Positions 32,567 to 43,500 of a stretch of 64,000 nucleotides of DNA are shown here, one piece after another. The stretch is from a bacterium. GTDB lineage: Bacteria; Zhuqueibacterota; Zhuqueibacteria; Oceanimicrobiales; Oceanimicrobiaceae. The stretch is taken from positions 1 through 64,000 of the forward strand of contig JBBIIG010000016.1 in the NCBI GenBank assembly GCA_037446635.1, read 5' to 3'. Below the pieces are notes generated by a model that saw nothing but the letters and a program-made list of their open reading frames with translations, searched no databases and was not told where the DNA came from. Position numbers and translations under genes: made by a program. The stretch's first letter is position 1. The number at the start of each line of letters is the position of its first letter.

Positions 32567-33976
32567 GTGACCTTCGAAATTTTCCACCGTTACCGTTCGA
32601 TTATCGATGACTGGCCGGCGTTCCTCGACGCCCTCCGCCGTCCGCTGCCCACCTGCATTTGGGCGAACACCGCGCGCATTTCTCCGAGTCAGCTGCACGA
32701 AAGACTCACGCGCGACGGGATCGCTGTTAAGCCAATAGAATGGTACGAGGGCGCGTTTCGGCTGCCGCCGGAAATAAGCATCGGAAATCGATTAGAGTAT
32801 CTCGCCGGTTTGTGTCACGCGCAGGAAGAAGCCGCGATGATTCCCGCCGTGCTGCTCGATCCGCAGCCCGGTGAGCGCGTGCTGGAATTGTGCGCGGCGC
32901 CGGGGAACAAAGTCGCGCAGATGTCGCTGAAAATGCAGCAGCGCGGCGCGGTGATCGCCAACGATTTCAATTACCATCGCATGAGGGCGCTGCGCCGCAT
33001 TATCGATCGGCTTGGACTCGTCAACGTGAGCGCAACCCTCTGCAACGCGGTTTCCTACCCGCGGCCGCCCGAATTGTTTGATCGCGTGCTGGTGGATGTG
33101 CCGTGTTCCTGCGAGGGTACGTCGCGCAAAAGTCCGGAAGTGCTGTTGCACGGCCGAATCAACCATCTCGAAAGATTGCAAGCCGCAATTTTACGGCGCG
33201 GGCTGCAACTCTGCAAGCCCGGCGGCCGGGTGGTGTATTCCACCTGCACCTACGCGCCGGAAGAAAACGAGATGGCGGTGCAGGCCGCGCTCGATTTCCT
33301 GTCTCCAAAAATTCACGCCCGAATATTAGAAGCGAATTTGCCGGGATTGAACTGGAGTCCGGGCCTGGAACGCTGGCAGGGAACGGCCTTTCGCGCCGAT
33401 ATGCGCCACGCCATTCGCATCTATCCCCATCAAAATGATACCGGCGGATTTTTTATTGCGGTGATCGAAAAATTGCAGGGTTCAAATTCCGGGTTGACAA
33501 CGGAGGTGGCTGAATTGAATTGGGTGGATGGCCAGCCCTATTTAGAATATCTCGAAGAACGTTTTGGCATCCCGCGATCGGTTTTCGAGGGTTATCGTTT
33601 CTTTCGCGCCAACGCCAAATCCATCGCCATCATCAATGAAGATCATCGGATCGCTGCGCCGCTGCATTTTGCCGGCGTGTCGTTTGTTCACACCAACATG
33701 AAATACCCAAAACTCTCCACCGCCGCGGCGCTGGCCTTCGGAAAATATGTTACTCGTAATGTCGCCCAACTCGATCGTTTTCAAGCAGAAGACTATTTGA
33801 AAGGCAAGACGCTTTATGACGTGGTTGAAAATTTGGATGAGGGATACGTGTTTGTGAGGTACGCAGACATCACGCTTGGCGTGGGGGTTTTTTTCAAACA
33901 CGAAAACACCACGGAGCTGCGCAGCTCATTTCCCAAAGCTTGGCAACTCAGTGCGCCAGATGAGACTCATCTTTGA
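32567..33976 (+). CDS. RsmB/RsmF (NOL1/NOP2/Sun) RNA m5C methyltransferase
   Basis: 'LCAAPGNK', 'DVPCS', 'VYSTCT...EENE'. Confidence 0.9.
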   Translation: MTFEIFHRYRSIIDDWPAFLDALRRPLPTCIWANTARISPSQLHERLTRDGIAVKPIEWYEGAFRLPPEISIGNRLEYLAGLCHAQEEAAMIPAVLLDPQPGERVLELCAAPGNKVAQMSLKMQQRGAVIANDFNYHRMRALRRIIDRLGLVNVSATLCNAVSYPRPPELFDRVLVDVPCSCEGTSRKSPEVLLHGRINHLERLQAAILRRGLQLCKPGGRVVYSTCTYAPEENEMAVQAALDFLSPKIHARILEANLPGLNWSPGLERWQGTAFRADMRHAIRIYPHQNDTGGFFIAVIEKLQGSNSGLTTEVAELNWVDGQPYLEYLEERFGIPRSVFEGYRFFRANAKSIAIINEDHRIAAPLHFAGVSFVHTNMKYPKLSTAAALAFGKYVTRNVAQLDRFQAEDYLKGKTLYDVVENLDEGYVFVRYADITLGVGVFFKHENTTELRSSFPKAWQLSAPDETHL

Positions 33977-33990
33977 GATGAGTCTCATCT
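33958..33990. repeat. 33-bp doubly palindromic element
   Basis: Exact copy of 32456-32488; supplies the TGA stop of the methyltransferase. Confidence 0.85.
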
Positions 33991-33995
33991 ATTTC

Positions 33996-34307
33996 CTATT
34001 TTCCATTCCATTGAAATTTCTGCAAATCTACTTGGCCGCTGCGGTTGAATTTCACGCCTTCTTTTTTGAGCAGCGCCGCTTGCAATTTTCTCTTCGCTTC
34101 TTCATCAAAAGAACTGCGGCCGCTGGCGTTGATGACCCGCTGCCACGGCAGGTCGAGTTCTGGCGGCGTGTTGTTGAGTGCCCAACCCACGGCACGCGCG
34201 GCGCGCGGCTTGCCGGCCAACGCCGCGATCTGGCCGTAGGTCGCCACTTTTCCTTTTGGAATTTTTTGGATTATTTTATAAATTCGCTCGAAGAAATCGG
34301 ATGGCAT
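33996..34307 (-). CDS. Alkyltransferase-like (ATL/MGMT family) protein
   Basis: 'IPKGKVATYGQIA', 'ARAVG', PWQRV (Trp in place of the catalytic Cys). Confidence 0.9.
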   Translation of the reverse strand: MPSDFFERIYKIIQKIPKGKVATYGQIAALAGKPRAARAVGWALNNTPPELDLPWQRVINASGRSSFDEEAKRKLQAALLKKEGVKFNRSGQVDLQKFQWNGK

Positions 34308-34416
34308 TTCGTTCCTCGTCGCAAGATAATCATTACCTGATTTTTAAGCAAGAATTCTATTTCAAATATCGTTTCTTCCATGAAAATTCGTGTCCATCCG
34401 TGGTACGTTTTTTATT

Positions 34417-35841
34417 ATGAAACAATTTGAGCCCGAATCCAAACCTCTGCTTTATCGCCTCATCCGTGTGATCGTCAAAATCGCCATGGCGATTTTTTTT
34501 CAGAGGATTGAATTACGCAACGGCGAAAACGTGCCGGCGCGCGGCCCGGTGGTGTTCGTCGCCAATCACCCCAACTCGATCATGGACGCCCTGGTGATGG
34601 GCGCCGTGACCCGCCGCAAAGTCAATTACATCGGCCACGCTGGACTCTTTTCCAACAAACTCAAATCGTGGTTTCTGAGAAGCTGCGGCGTCATTCCGGT
34701 GTATCGCCGCGAAGACGCGCCCGATAAAATGGAGCAGAACATCGCTGCATTTGAGGCTTGCTTTCAGGCATTAGAAAAGGGTGAGACCATCGGCATTTTT
34801 CCCGAGGGCACCAGCGATATGCTGCGCAAAGTTAAGCGCGTGAAAACCGGTGCGGCGCGCATCGTGTTGGAAGCTGAGCGCCGCAACCATTACCAGTTGG
34901 GTGTAACCGTGCTGCCCATTGGACTCTACTTTTTCTCGCGCAGCCGCTTTCGCAGCAAAGTGCTGGTGAACGTCGGCAAGCCGATTGACCTCGCGCCATT
35001 TTTCGAGATCAACGAGCGCGACAACCCGGCAGCGGTTCAGCAGCTCACCGCGGAAATTCAGCGCCATCTCGAACGGCTCACCGTCAACATTCAGCATGAG
35101 GAGCTGGATCAATTCGTGCGCGACATCGAGTGGCTCTACCGCGATGAGTTGAAAGCCGAAACCTTCCCCGATGTGCGCTCGCAAAAGAGCGCGACCACAG
35201 ATTTTATTCTCACCCAGAAAATCGCCGAGTGCGTGGAGTATTATTTCATGCATCAGCCGCGGCGGGTGCGCGACATGCAGGAAAAAATCAGTGCATACAA
35301 GCGAAAGCTCAATCGGCTGCATCTCAAAGACGCCATGCTCAAGGAAAAGCAAAATTTCTGGCAGCTTTTCCGAGAGAGTTTGGTGACATTGGTGAAGGCG
35401 CTGGTGGGTTTGCCATTCGCCGTTTATGGAGTGGTTAACAATTTTATCCCATATTTGATTGCCGAAAACCTCGCGAAAAAATTCATCGATGAGCGCACGA
35501 AAATTCTCTCGGCGCTGTTCATCGGCGGCGGGCTGGTGTTCATTTTTTTCTACGCGGTGCAGGTGTTCGCTGTCTGGTATTTCAAAGGGCCGCTGTGGTC
35601 CTCACTTTATTTGTTGACCCTCCCGATCGCTGGACTCTTCGCACTGGCTTACATTAAAGACATTCGGCAGGAGCAGGAGCGCATCAGCTTCTCGTTTTTC
35701 TTATTCACCAATCGCCAGTTGTTTTACAAAATGCGCCGCGAGCGCAAGCTGCTCATCGCCGAGATGGATCAGATCAAAGAGGAGTATTTGAATTTGACAG
35801 GCCTGCAGGAGCAGACCAACACGTTGACTACCTCGGGGTGA
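34417..35841 (+). CDS. PlsC-family acyltransferase with C-terminal membrane domain
   Basis: 'NHPNSIMD', 'IFPEGTS', 'KTGAAR'. Confidence 0.88.
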   Translation: MKQFEPESKPLLYRLIRVIVKIAMAIFFQRIELRNGENVPARGPVVFVANHPNSIMDALVMGAVTRRKVNYIGHAGLFSNKLKSWFLRSCGVIPVYRREDAPDKMEQNIAAFEACFQALEKGETIGIFPEGTSDMLRKVKRVKTGAARIVLEAERRNHYQLGVTVLPIGLYFFSRSRFRSKVLVNVGKPIDLAPFFEINERDNPAAVQQLTAEIQRHLERLTVNIQHEELDQFVRDIEWLYRDELKAETFPDVRSQKSATTDFILTQKIAECVEYYFMHQPRRVRDMQEKISAYKRKLNRLHLKDAMLKEKQNFWQLFRESLVTLVKALVGLPFAVYGVVNNFIPYLIAENLAKKFIDERTKILSALFIGGGLVFIFFYAVQVFAVWYFKGPLWSSLYLLTLPIAGLFALAYIKDIRQEQERISFSFFLFTNRQLFYKMRRERKLLIAEMDQIKEEYLNLTGLQEQTNTLTTSG

Positions 35842-35849
35842 AATGCTGG

Positions 35850-35918
35850 TGTCATTCAGGAGGAATCCTTTTTGTGAACAGCCGGGTCGTCAATAAAAAA
35901 GGTTCCTCCTGAGTGACA
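35850..35918. repeat. Long inverted repeat (tgtcattc...gagtgaca), REP/MITE-like
   Basis: tgtcattcaggaggaatccttttt / aaaaaggttcctcctgagtgaca. Confidence 0.65.
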
Positions 35919-35952
35919 TTCAGATTTTGATAACTTAACTAATCTTCAAATT

Positions 35953-36702
35953 ATGAACTTTTTTGGAAATCACTCAAGTCTTGGCCAAATTTTTGACGGC
36001 ATCACGCTGCAATCGCTTTTGGGCGATCTCAGTCACGCCGTGGCACCGGAGCGGCTGGGTCCGAAAGTCACCGAGCGGGTGATTTGGCGCGCCGTCACCG
36101 ATGAGCGCAAAATCGCGCTGACGTTTGACGACGGCCCGCATCCGCTTTACACGCCGCAATTGCTGGAAATTTTTGAGAAGCATTCCGCGCCCGCGACGTT
36201 TTTTCTTGTTGGAAAACATATTGAACAAAATTTTGGATTGGCGCAGCAAATTGTCCAACAAAAACACGAAATTGCCAATCACACCTTCACTCATCCGCTG
36301 ATGTTCAAATTGACAGACGAGCAAATGCGCGATGAGATTTCCCGCACCGACGCGCTGCTGCGCCAGCTCGGCAATTCCGCGCCAAAGTTTTTGCGGCCGC
36401 CGGTGGGACTGTTTTCCAAACGAGTGTTGAATATTGTGGAAGAATGCGGTTACCGTACCGTGGTGGGAGATGTTTATCCCCGCGACCCGCACCTGCCCGG
36501 CACAAATCGAATTGTGTCGCGCGTGCTCAGCCGCGTGGTCACCGGTTCGATTGTGATCATGCACGACGGTGGCAACAGCGAACACGTGGATCGCTCGCAA
36601 ACCATCGCCGCGGTGCAGGCGTTGCTTCCGCAGTTGCGAGAGAGAGGATTTGAGTTTGTGCGGTTGTCAGAGTTGGTGGGTAGTAAGTCTCAGGTTTACT
36701 AA
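35953..36702 (+). CDS. Polysaccharide deacetylase (CE4/NodB)
   Basis: 'LTFDDGP', 'NHTFTH', 'RPP', 'IVIMHDG'. Confidence 0.92.
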   Translation: MNFFGNHSSLGQIFDGITLQSLLGDLSHAVAPERLGPKVTERVIWRAVTDERKIALTFDDGPHPLYTPQLLEIFEKHSAPATFFLVGKHIEQNFGLAQQIVQQKHEIANHTFTHPLMFKLTDEQMRDEISRTDALLRQLGNSAPKFLRPPVGLFSKRVLNIVEECGYRTVVGDVYPRDPHLPGTNRIVSRVLSRVVTGSIVIMHDGGNSEHVDRSQTIAAVQALLPQLRERGFEFVRLSELVGSKSQVY

Positions 36703-36725
36703 ACCTTCACGGTTTAGTAAACCTG
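36691..36725. repeat. 35-bp doubly palindromic element
   Basis: caggtttactaaacc-ttcac-ggtttagtaaacctg; supplies the TAA of the deacetylase. Confidence 0.75.
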
Positions 36726-36728
36726 TTG

Positions 36729-36962
36729 TTATTTTGCGAGCCGGAATTCTGCATCTACCGGCAAGGAAAACAGCTCGCTTCGCAATAACCGTGTGGAAAA
36801 GAACAAAACCTCCAAGTTCTCGATTTCACCCGTCGTAGGATTAAATCTGGCAATAATTTCATCCCCCAATTCGTCTGATTCCTGTTCCGCATACGGCGCG
36901 ACTTTATTAATGTAAAGGATGTCTGCCTGGCGGTCGTAGTTAAATGTCAGCTTTTTGTCCAT
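36729..36962 (-). CDS. DUF2283 family putative antitoxin
   Basis: 'YDRQADILYI', 'GEIENLEVL'. Confidence 0.8.
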   Translation of the reverse strand: MDKKLTFNYDRQADILYINKVAPYAEQESDELGDEIIARFNPTTGEIENLEVLFFSTRLLRSELFSLPVDAEFRLAK

Positions 36963-37273
36963 ACAACATCTCCGTGTGTAAGTTTGCGTGTAAGATATGC
37001 GGTTATAATCCAATGTCGCTTTATTGGAAAAGATTCGCTGATAATTACGACGACAACGAATTTGCCGTTTTGAACTTGCTCAAACCATTTGCAAAATAAC
37101 TGTGCATTACTAAAGCGTCTGCTGCGACGAACATGATCTGGATTCATGATGGTTTCAGAAAATTCTTTTTCATGAGCTGGCAGAAAATCTGGATGAGTAT
37201 TGGCAATTTGCTGTTTACGTTCAGTTGTGAGTTCTACCTCTGTTTGCAAAAATGGGCAATTGATTAATTCCAT
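36947..37273 (-). CDS. Putative RelE/BECR-fold toxin paired with DUF2283
   Basis: 'LTTERKQQIANTHP', 'TIMNPD', 'VVVV...WIITAY'; overlaps DUF2283; AT-rich. Confidence 0.65.
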   Translation of the reverse strand: MELINCPFLQTEVELTTERKQQIANTHPDFLPAHEKEFSETIMNPDHVRRSRRFSNAQLFCKWFEQVQNGKFVVVVIISESFPIKRHWIITAYLTRKLTHGDVVWTKS

Positions 37274-37380
37274 TTTTTTTGGCGATAATTTAAATACTAA
37301 TCATAACGATTGCAATCAGATTTACTGTTTTCGCGCACCTTTGCTCATTTTATTTTGAAAATTTTTGCGTGCCGCTGCGA

Positions 37381-38490
37381 TCACAACATTTTTCCCCGGC
37401 CCGCAATTTTGAAAACCTGCTCCACCCGGCCCGTACGAACGCCGTACATTTCATCGAATTGGTTCACCACTACACAGGCGTGATTGGGGAGGATGCGCAC
37501 TTTTTCGCCGATTTCAAAACGAGCGTCCGATTCGATGACGCCGTGTTCTTCCGAAAGCCGAGTGATCGCGACTTCTTTCTCAACGACCCAGCCGTAGCCG
37601 CCCTCTTTGCCGCTCCGTCCGCGCGGATCGGAAGTGAACGCTTTTTTGCCGGCGTCAATTACCGCGCGATGTTTTGATGGGCAACTAATCACGGTTGCCA
37701 GCACCGCGAGTGCACAATCGTCCAACTCACAGGCGAAAAGATCGACTTGCGTCAAATCATAAAACACGTACGTGCCCGGGCGAATCTCGGTGACGCCCGG
37801 CGCCGCTGCGCAGTACCGCGCCGCCGGCGTGGAACCGACGCTGACCGTCTCGACCGGGATGCCGTTTCGCCGCAACCGTTCCGCGGTTTCCACCATCACG
37901 CGGCCTTCCTCGCGGCCAATTTTTTCGATGGCCTCGCGGCTGGTTTGATTGTACGCGTGGCCGCCGTGCGTCATCAGTCCGCGCAGAGTCAGTTGTTTGA
38001 ATTGGACGAGATTGTTTGCCAACTGCAGCGTCTCTTCGCCGGGCAAAACGCCGGCGCGATTTTGTCCGCAATTGATTTCGATGACAACTTCGAGAGTTTG
38101 GCCGGCTTGCCCGCCTCGGCGGGCCTGCGCCAGCGCGGCGTTTAAACTCTGCGCGCCGAAGACGCTGTCCACCGCGGCGCAGACTTTTGCTTTTGTTGAA
38201 AGCTCAATCAGCCGTTTGAACTTTTGCTCGCCGATGATCTCGTTGGCGATGAGAATGTCGTCGATTCCCGCGGCGGCCATTGCTTCGGCCTCGCCCAACT
38301 TGGCGCAGGTGATGCCGGACGCTCCGGCCGCAATCTGCATTTTGGCGATCTCCGGGCACTTGTGGGTTTTGGTGTGCGGACGCAAATTGACGCCGTGGGA
38401 TTTGGCCAGCGCCGCCATGCGCGCGATGTTGGCCTCGAGGCGATCTAAATCAATCAATAAGGCGGGGGTGTCGAGTTGTTGGAGATGCAT
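37381..38490 (-). CDS. Fold-type III PLP enzyme (D-threonine aldolase/DSD1-like)
   Basis: 'DTPALLID', 'RPHTKTHK', 'EIRPGTYVFYD', 'LSEEHG', 'PNHAC'. Confidence 0.9.
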   Translation of the reverse strand: MHLQQLDTPALLIDLDRLEANIARMAALAKSHGVNLRPHTKTHKCPEIAKMQIAAGASGITCAKLGEAEAMAAAGIDDILIANEIIGEQKFKRLIELSTKAKVCAAVDSVFGAQSLNAALAQARRGGQAGQTLEVVIEINCGQNRAGVLPGEETLQLANNLVQFKQLTLRGLMTHGGHAYNQTSREAIEKIGREEGRVMVETAERLRRNGIPVETVSVGSTPAARYCAAAPGVTEIRPGTYVFYDLTQVDLFACELDDCALAVLATVISCPSKHRAVIDAGKKAFTSDPRGRSGKEGGYGWVVEKEVAITRLSEEHGVIESDARFEIGEKVRILPNHACVVVNQFDEMYGVRTGRVEQVFKIAGRGKML

Positions 38491-38725
38491 TGCATTGAAA
38501 ATTTTGGTGTATTTTAAGGAAGATTGGCAGGGAAAGCAAGAGAAAAATTCACCTTGATTTTCTGCTTTTTTCGATTAGATTGACGGGTGTTGGGAACGAG
38601 CCTCTGATACCAGTTCCGGATTCTCTAAGCTGTGCGAGTTCTGAAGTTTCACTCTCTCCTGAATACGGTTACACAGCTTGCCTCCTACATACTTTTTTCC
38701 AAAATCATTTTCGAGGAGATATGTC

Positions 38726-40546
38726 ATGTTTAAAAAAAATCTTCTCGTGAGTTTTGTTCTATTAGTTTCATTAGGGCTATCACCAGAAATTCTCGCCCAG
38801 CCGCAATTTATCACCTCACTTTACCCACCTCAACACGGTCTCAACATTCCTATTGATGCTGAGCTGCGTGTGGGGTTAAACGCCGCTTTAGATCCGATTT
38901 CTATCTCGGATTCGTCGATCTATGTTTGGTCAGACATTACCGGTCTGCACAGACTAACAGTTACAATGGAGAACGGCGACAAGGATTTGCGCATCGTGCC
39001 ACGCCACTGGCGTTTGAATGCCCGCCCGCCTTTCAACGCCGGTGAGCGGGTAACGGTAACACTGACAACTCGTTTACGCTACGCCGACGGCCAGCCGTTT
39101 GAGGGATTCACATGGCATTACACGGTAGCGACACGACAGAATTTTGGCGGAGATTTCAGGCCGGAGGCGGTCTTCGGAGGTGTTCTTTCAACTAATTTTA
39201 TTGTTTCAGATTTCAATGGAGATGGCTCGCCTGACTTGATAGGCAATGCTGACATTGATTCGAAGATGCTGGTTTATTTTAATGATGGTTCAGGTATTAT
39301 TCGATTCGACCACACCGACGATCCCATTAGTCCCGATACGGAGACTGCAGACCTTGACCGTGATGGAGATCAAGACATCCCTTATACTGGCAATAGTTCT
39401 ATCTTGAATGATGGGCTCGGCAATTTTTTTGAAAAGCAATTCCCTTTTATGTTAAATGGCTTTGCTAAAGCCCATGACTTCAATAATGATGGAATTATAG
39501 ATTTCGTTATTGGAAGTGTTATCTCTGATACCCTTTATTTCGGCCTTAGTCAGGGCGGAATTTCTTTTAATGTTCTCCTGAAGTTGAAGCCTCCAATTCC
39601 TCAGCCTACCTTTTATCGCCCCGGCCTTTCTTATGACCTAAACAATGATGGCAGGATCGATTTTCTCTACGTTGGTGGGTTTATCGATACGATTCCCGGC
39701 TTTGCAAGTTTTGAAGCAACAGCAGATAGTATGCGCATATTACAAAAACTAGAACTTCCTTTTGAACAAAGCAGCTTTTTTGGTAATGATTTTGATAATG
39801 ACGGCGATATCGATTATGCTTTTGTTCCGGGAATGTCAACTTTTGTTTCCGGGGATAAAAACAGATACGTTACATTCTTTAACGATGGAACAGGACAATT
39901 AAGGCCGACTGGATTGCAGCGGGATAGCACAGATGTGCGACTGGCCGAAACCGTGGAGGGGGGGGACTTTGATGGCGACGGCGATATTGATTTAGCCTTT
40001 GCCAGTAGCAATCTAATATCGGCAATGCCTGAAACATACGAGCCGGACATTTCCATCTTTATAAATGACGGAGATGGTAGGTTTTCATTAGCCAGCCGTG
40101 TGTCTCTGCCATTTAATCGCCCCCTCAGCCGGGGGCTTCGTGCTATCGACCTTGACCGCGATGGAGACCTCGATCTAATAGGTGTTGCCAACGGGTTATT
40201 TTTCGTTGTGGCAAATGGCAGTTATGCGACCGATGTCATTGAAGAACCATTTGTCCAAATGCCAAGTCAATTCTCAATCGCCCCTATTTATCCTAACCCT
40301 GTTAGAAATTCTGCAAATATTGAGTTGAGTTTGCCAAAGGGTGGAAACAAAACAATTACCATTGCAATTTTTGATGTCAAAGGTAGGCGAGTTCGTAGTT
40401 GGCAATTTGACCGTCCCGGAGAATCACTTCGATTCACATGGGATGCTCGCAATCAAACGTCAAACCTCTTGCCCAGTGGGGTCTATTTTGTTCAGGCCCG
40501 AATGGGCAGGCTGTTCACGGTGCGAAAGCTTGTGCTATTGAAGTAA
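38726..40546 (+). CDS. Secreted Ig-like + FG-GAP repeat protein with C-terminal sorting (FlgD/T9SS-like) domain
   Basis: Signal peptide; DFNGDG/DLDRDGD repeats; 'YPNP...SGVYF' tail. Confidence 0.85.
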   Translation: MFKKNLLVSFVLLVSLGLSPEILAQPQFITSLYPPQHGLNIPIDAELRVGLNAALDPISISDSSIYVWSDITGLHRLTVTMENGDKDLRIVPRHWRLNARPPFNAGERVTVTLTTRLRYADGQPFEGFTWHYTVATRQNFGGDFRPEAVFGGVLSTNFIVSDFNGDGSPDLIGNADIDSKMLVYFNDGSGIIRFDHTDDPISPDTETADLDRDGDQDIPYTGNSSILNDGLGNFFEKQFPFMLNGFAKAHDFNNDGIIDFVIGSVISDTLYFGLSQGGISFNVLLKLKPPIPQPTFYRPGLSYDLNNDGRIDFLYVGGFIDTIPGFASFEATADSMRILQKLELPFEQSSFFGNDFDNDGDIDYAFVPGMSTFVSGDKNRYVTFFNDGTGQLRPTGLQRDSTDVRLAETVEGGDFDGDGDIDLAFASSNLISAMPETYEPDISIFINDGDGRFSLASRVSLPFNRPLSRGLRAIDLDRDGDLDLIGVANGLFFVVANGSYATDVIEEPFVQMPSQFSIAPIYPNPVRNSANIELSLPKGGNKTITIAIFDVKGRRVRSWQFDRPGESLRFTWDARNQTSNLLPSGVYFVQARMGRLFTVRKLVLLK

Positions 40547-40582
40547 GCTTTTGGGATTATTTAGATTAAAGGGAGGTGTGCT

Positions 40583-43500
40583 ATGTGCAAAAGAATTATT
40601 TTATACTGCCTTGTCATGCTAAGTCTTCCCTTGGCAAGCGTTCAAAATGGTCTAGCACAGTCTGTGTTTCGTCTCGGCGCCTGGTGCTTTCGTACCGGGG
40701 CGCTACCGGAGCCAATCTACGAACAAAGCCCTGGAGTTTGGCGTGTCAGAGGCTCCGAACGTGACAGACTACTCGACCTCGGCTTGAACTACTTTATCGC
40801 CTGCACTGGCCTGAATGCTGAGCAAGCCATGGTTTTCATGGGAGATTCGCTAGCTTTGGCGCCGTCACCCAAAAATTTCAAAAACACATTAGAATGGTCC
40901 CCGGCCAATGCATCGTCGGCGACGCCATACCAGGTTTGGGATACAATTAGTCAACCTGGCGGCCCCGGTGATCCCGTTTGGGAGGCAAGAGTAAACAATG
41001 GTTACATTTCAATGAATACGCTGTATTCTGCCCATGCAGGACTTCACAGTTTCGTTTCTGGCGGCGAAAGAAACCTTCATCTTACTGATTATCATCCATG
41101 GGCGGAGTATATTTCTAATTCCGTTCATGTTAATGCTCCGGGGGTACAAGCACTTGTGCAAACGTGCCCTTTTGCGCCGGGAATTTTAAACTCTTTATTA
41201 CAAACAGTTGCCAGCTTGGATATCTTCATGCATTGCAACTACCCTTTTCCTACCGGTACCCCGAGCAGCGGAAGTACCTTCCAGGACGCGCTGCAGTCAT
41301 CGGCTAACCAGTTTTCCGAAGCCGCAACCGCAGTCAAGACGTACCAATCTGCCACACCTTTCTACGCTATCATCCAAGCTCATAGGGCACAGGGTACCTT
41401 TAATTACCGCGCCCCAAGCTTGGAAGAAATTCTTTGCCAGATCAATCTCGCGCTGGCTTATAGCGCGAAAGGAATAGTTTATTATTTGTATGTTAGAGTT
41501 GGGTCCGCCAACAAATTTCCAAGAAGGGTTACTCGACGTCAACCGAAACCCTACAGCACAATATGTTTCCGTACAAGCGATTCACAATAACTATCAAAGT
41601 ACTGGCCAAAAACTCGTTGATATCGGCGCCAATTTTCTAAATCTCACCTGGCAAGCTGGCTTTTCAATTCATCAAAACACTACAGAGCCCATTAGCTCAA
41701 GTGCCAGTTTGTACGATGTCCAGGCCAGACCGCCCGGCGGCAGTTGGGATCTGGGTTCAGAAACTTATGTCGAAGTGGGGCATTTCAAAGACGCCAATAA
41801 CTTGGATAATTACCTGGTGGTCAATCGCCGCTGCACAACCACTGAAACCCGTGAGATCACCGTGAAATTTCTGAGCGTCGCAAACAATGCTTATTTAGTC
41901 ACAGATGTTTTTGCTGCCACTCAAACGATCTATCAAACCACCGGAACAAATTTTTCTCACACGTTTACTCTGGGCCCCGGGGAAGCCAAGCTGCTCAAGC
42001 TCCAAGACCTTTCGAAATCAATTGATGCCGATGCCACCGCCCATAACTCAGGCCGGCGTCTCGTCAGAGATAGCGCTGGAAATTATCATCTGGTTTTCGG
42101 ATCCGGTGGAGAGATTTTTTATCGTAAAAATGTTTCAGGAGCTTGGCAAATTACACGGCAGTTAAGCAGCGGCAACGGCGGCAACAAGTATCCCTCCATC
42201 ACCGAACGCGGCGGCAAAGTCTTTGTCACCTGGCAGCGCAAAAACGGCAGCACTCACGATATTTGGTTCCATCGCAGCGATGATAGCGGCTCCTCGTGGC
42301 CTACTGCTAACCGAAAAGCGCTGGCCACCAGTGTGGGTTCCTCGGATCCGCTGCCGGTTATCACCAGCCACACCACCAACAATCTTGTGGTGGTCTATCG
42401 CAAAAATGGCAATCTGGAATCCAAGCACAGCACCAACAACGGCGACAGTTGGCCAACCACCAAAAGCATTACCGGTACCACACTCACTTCTCCAACCGTG
42501 ACCAACACCAACCCTAGTACTCCCACCACAGCCCTGGCCTACGGCAGTGGCGATAATCATGTTTACTATCGTTACTACACGGGCAGTAGTTGGAGCAGCG
42601 CAACCAACTTGTCCAGCATCGTTCCCGGCACGGCCGTGCATCAGACGCCCTCGCTGGCAAGCCAGGGAGCGATTTCGAATAACCTGCACGCGGCGTGGCA
42701 TCGCAAAACCGGCAGCGGTTCCAGTGCCACCGACCATCGCATCATTTATCGCAAATCCACCGCCTACAATAGTTGGCCTGCGCAATATACCCAACTCAGC
42801 ACTCAGGATCAGCAGCGCCCCACGGTTGCGGCCTATGCCGCCAATAGTATCGACGTGGTTTATGAAACTTCGAACATTCCTCCTACCAATACTTTTATCA
42901 TGAAACAGCACTACAACGGCTCGAGTTGGAGCATCCCCCTCGACGCCGGCTTTGGCAGCTATCCCTCGGTTTCAAGTGGAAGTACTCAAGCGAAATACGT
43001 TTGGACCAGTGTGGGAACGGCGCCCTATCTCATCAATCTCAGTTCAGAAACGCTCAGCAAAGACGGAGATGGCGAGTTCTATTACGAGCGCCAGATTTCC
43101 TGGCTCGATAGCTTGGGTTCGCACCTGACGGTGCGGGTAAAAAATCTGAGCTTAAAAAACGCGAAAGGCGAAACACAAGTTCTATTGTTGCAGCCGGTGT
43201 CGTTGGATACGGTTGCGGATTTCACTCCCGCCAACGCCTTTGATTTTTTGGTCTCTGCGCCGATCATATTGCCGGCGGATGCCGAAAGTCTGGTGGTGGA
43301 TTTGACTTTGTGGGCGGAGAATGCAGAGAAAGTGGGATCGGGCAGCAGCCCGAAGCTCGCAGTAGAATTCAAAAGCGATGATGAGCAGTCGTTGCGCAAG
43401 ATGGACGGCCCCGAGTTTTCCGCCACCGGCGCCATCGCCGAAACCGAGCTGCGGGTGGCCGTTCCATTAGAAAACGTTAAGCAATTGGCCGATTCCAAAA

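Noticed and set aside
38580..38700. Riboswitch in the long leader of the FG-GAP gene
   Set aside because: No recognisable aptamer consensus or terminator.
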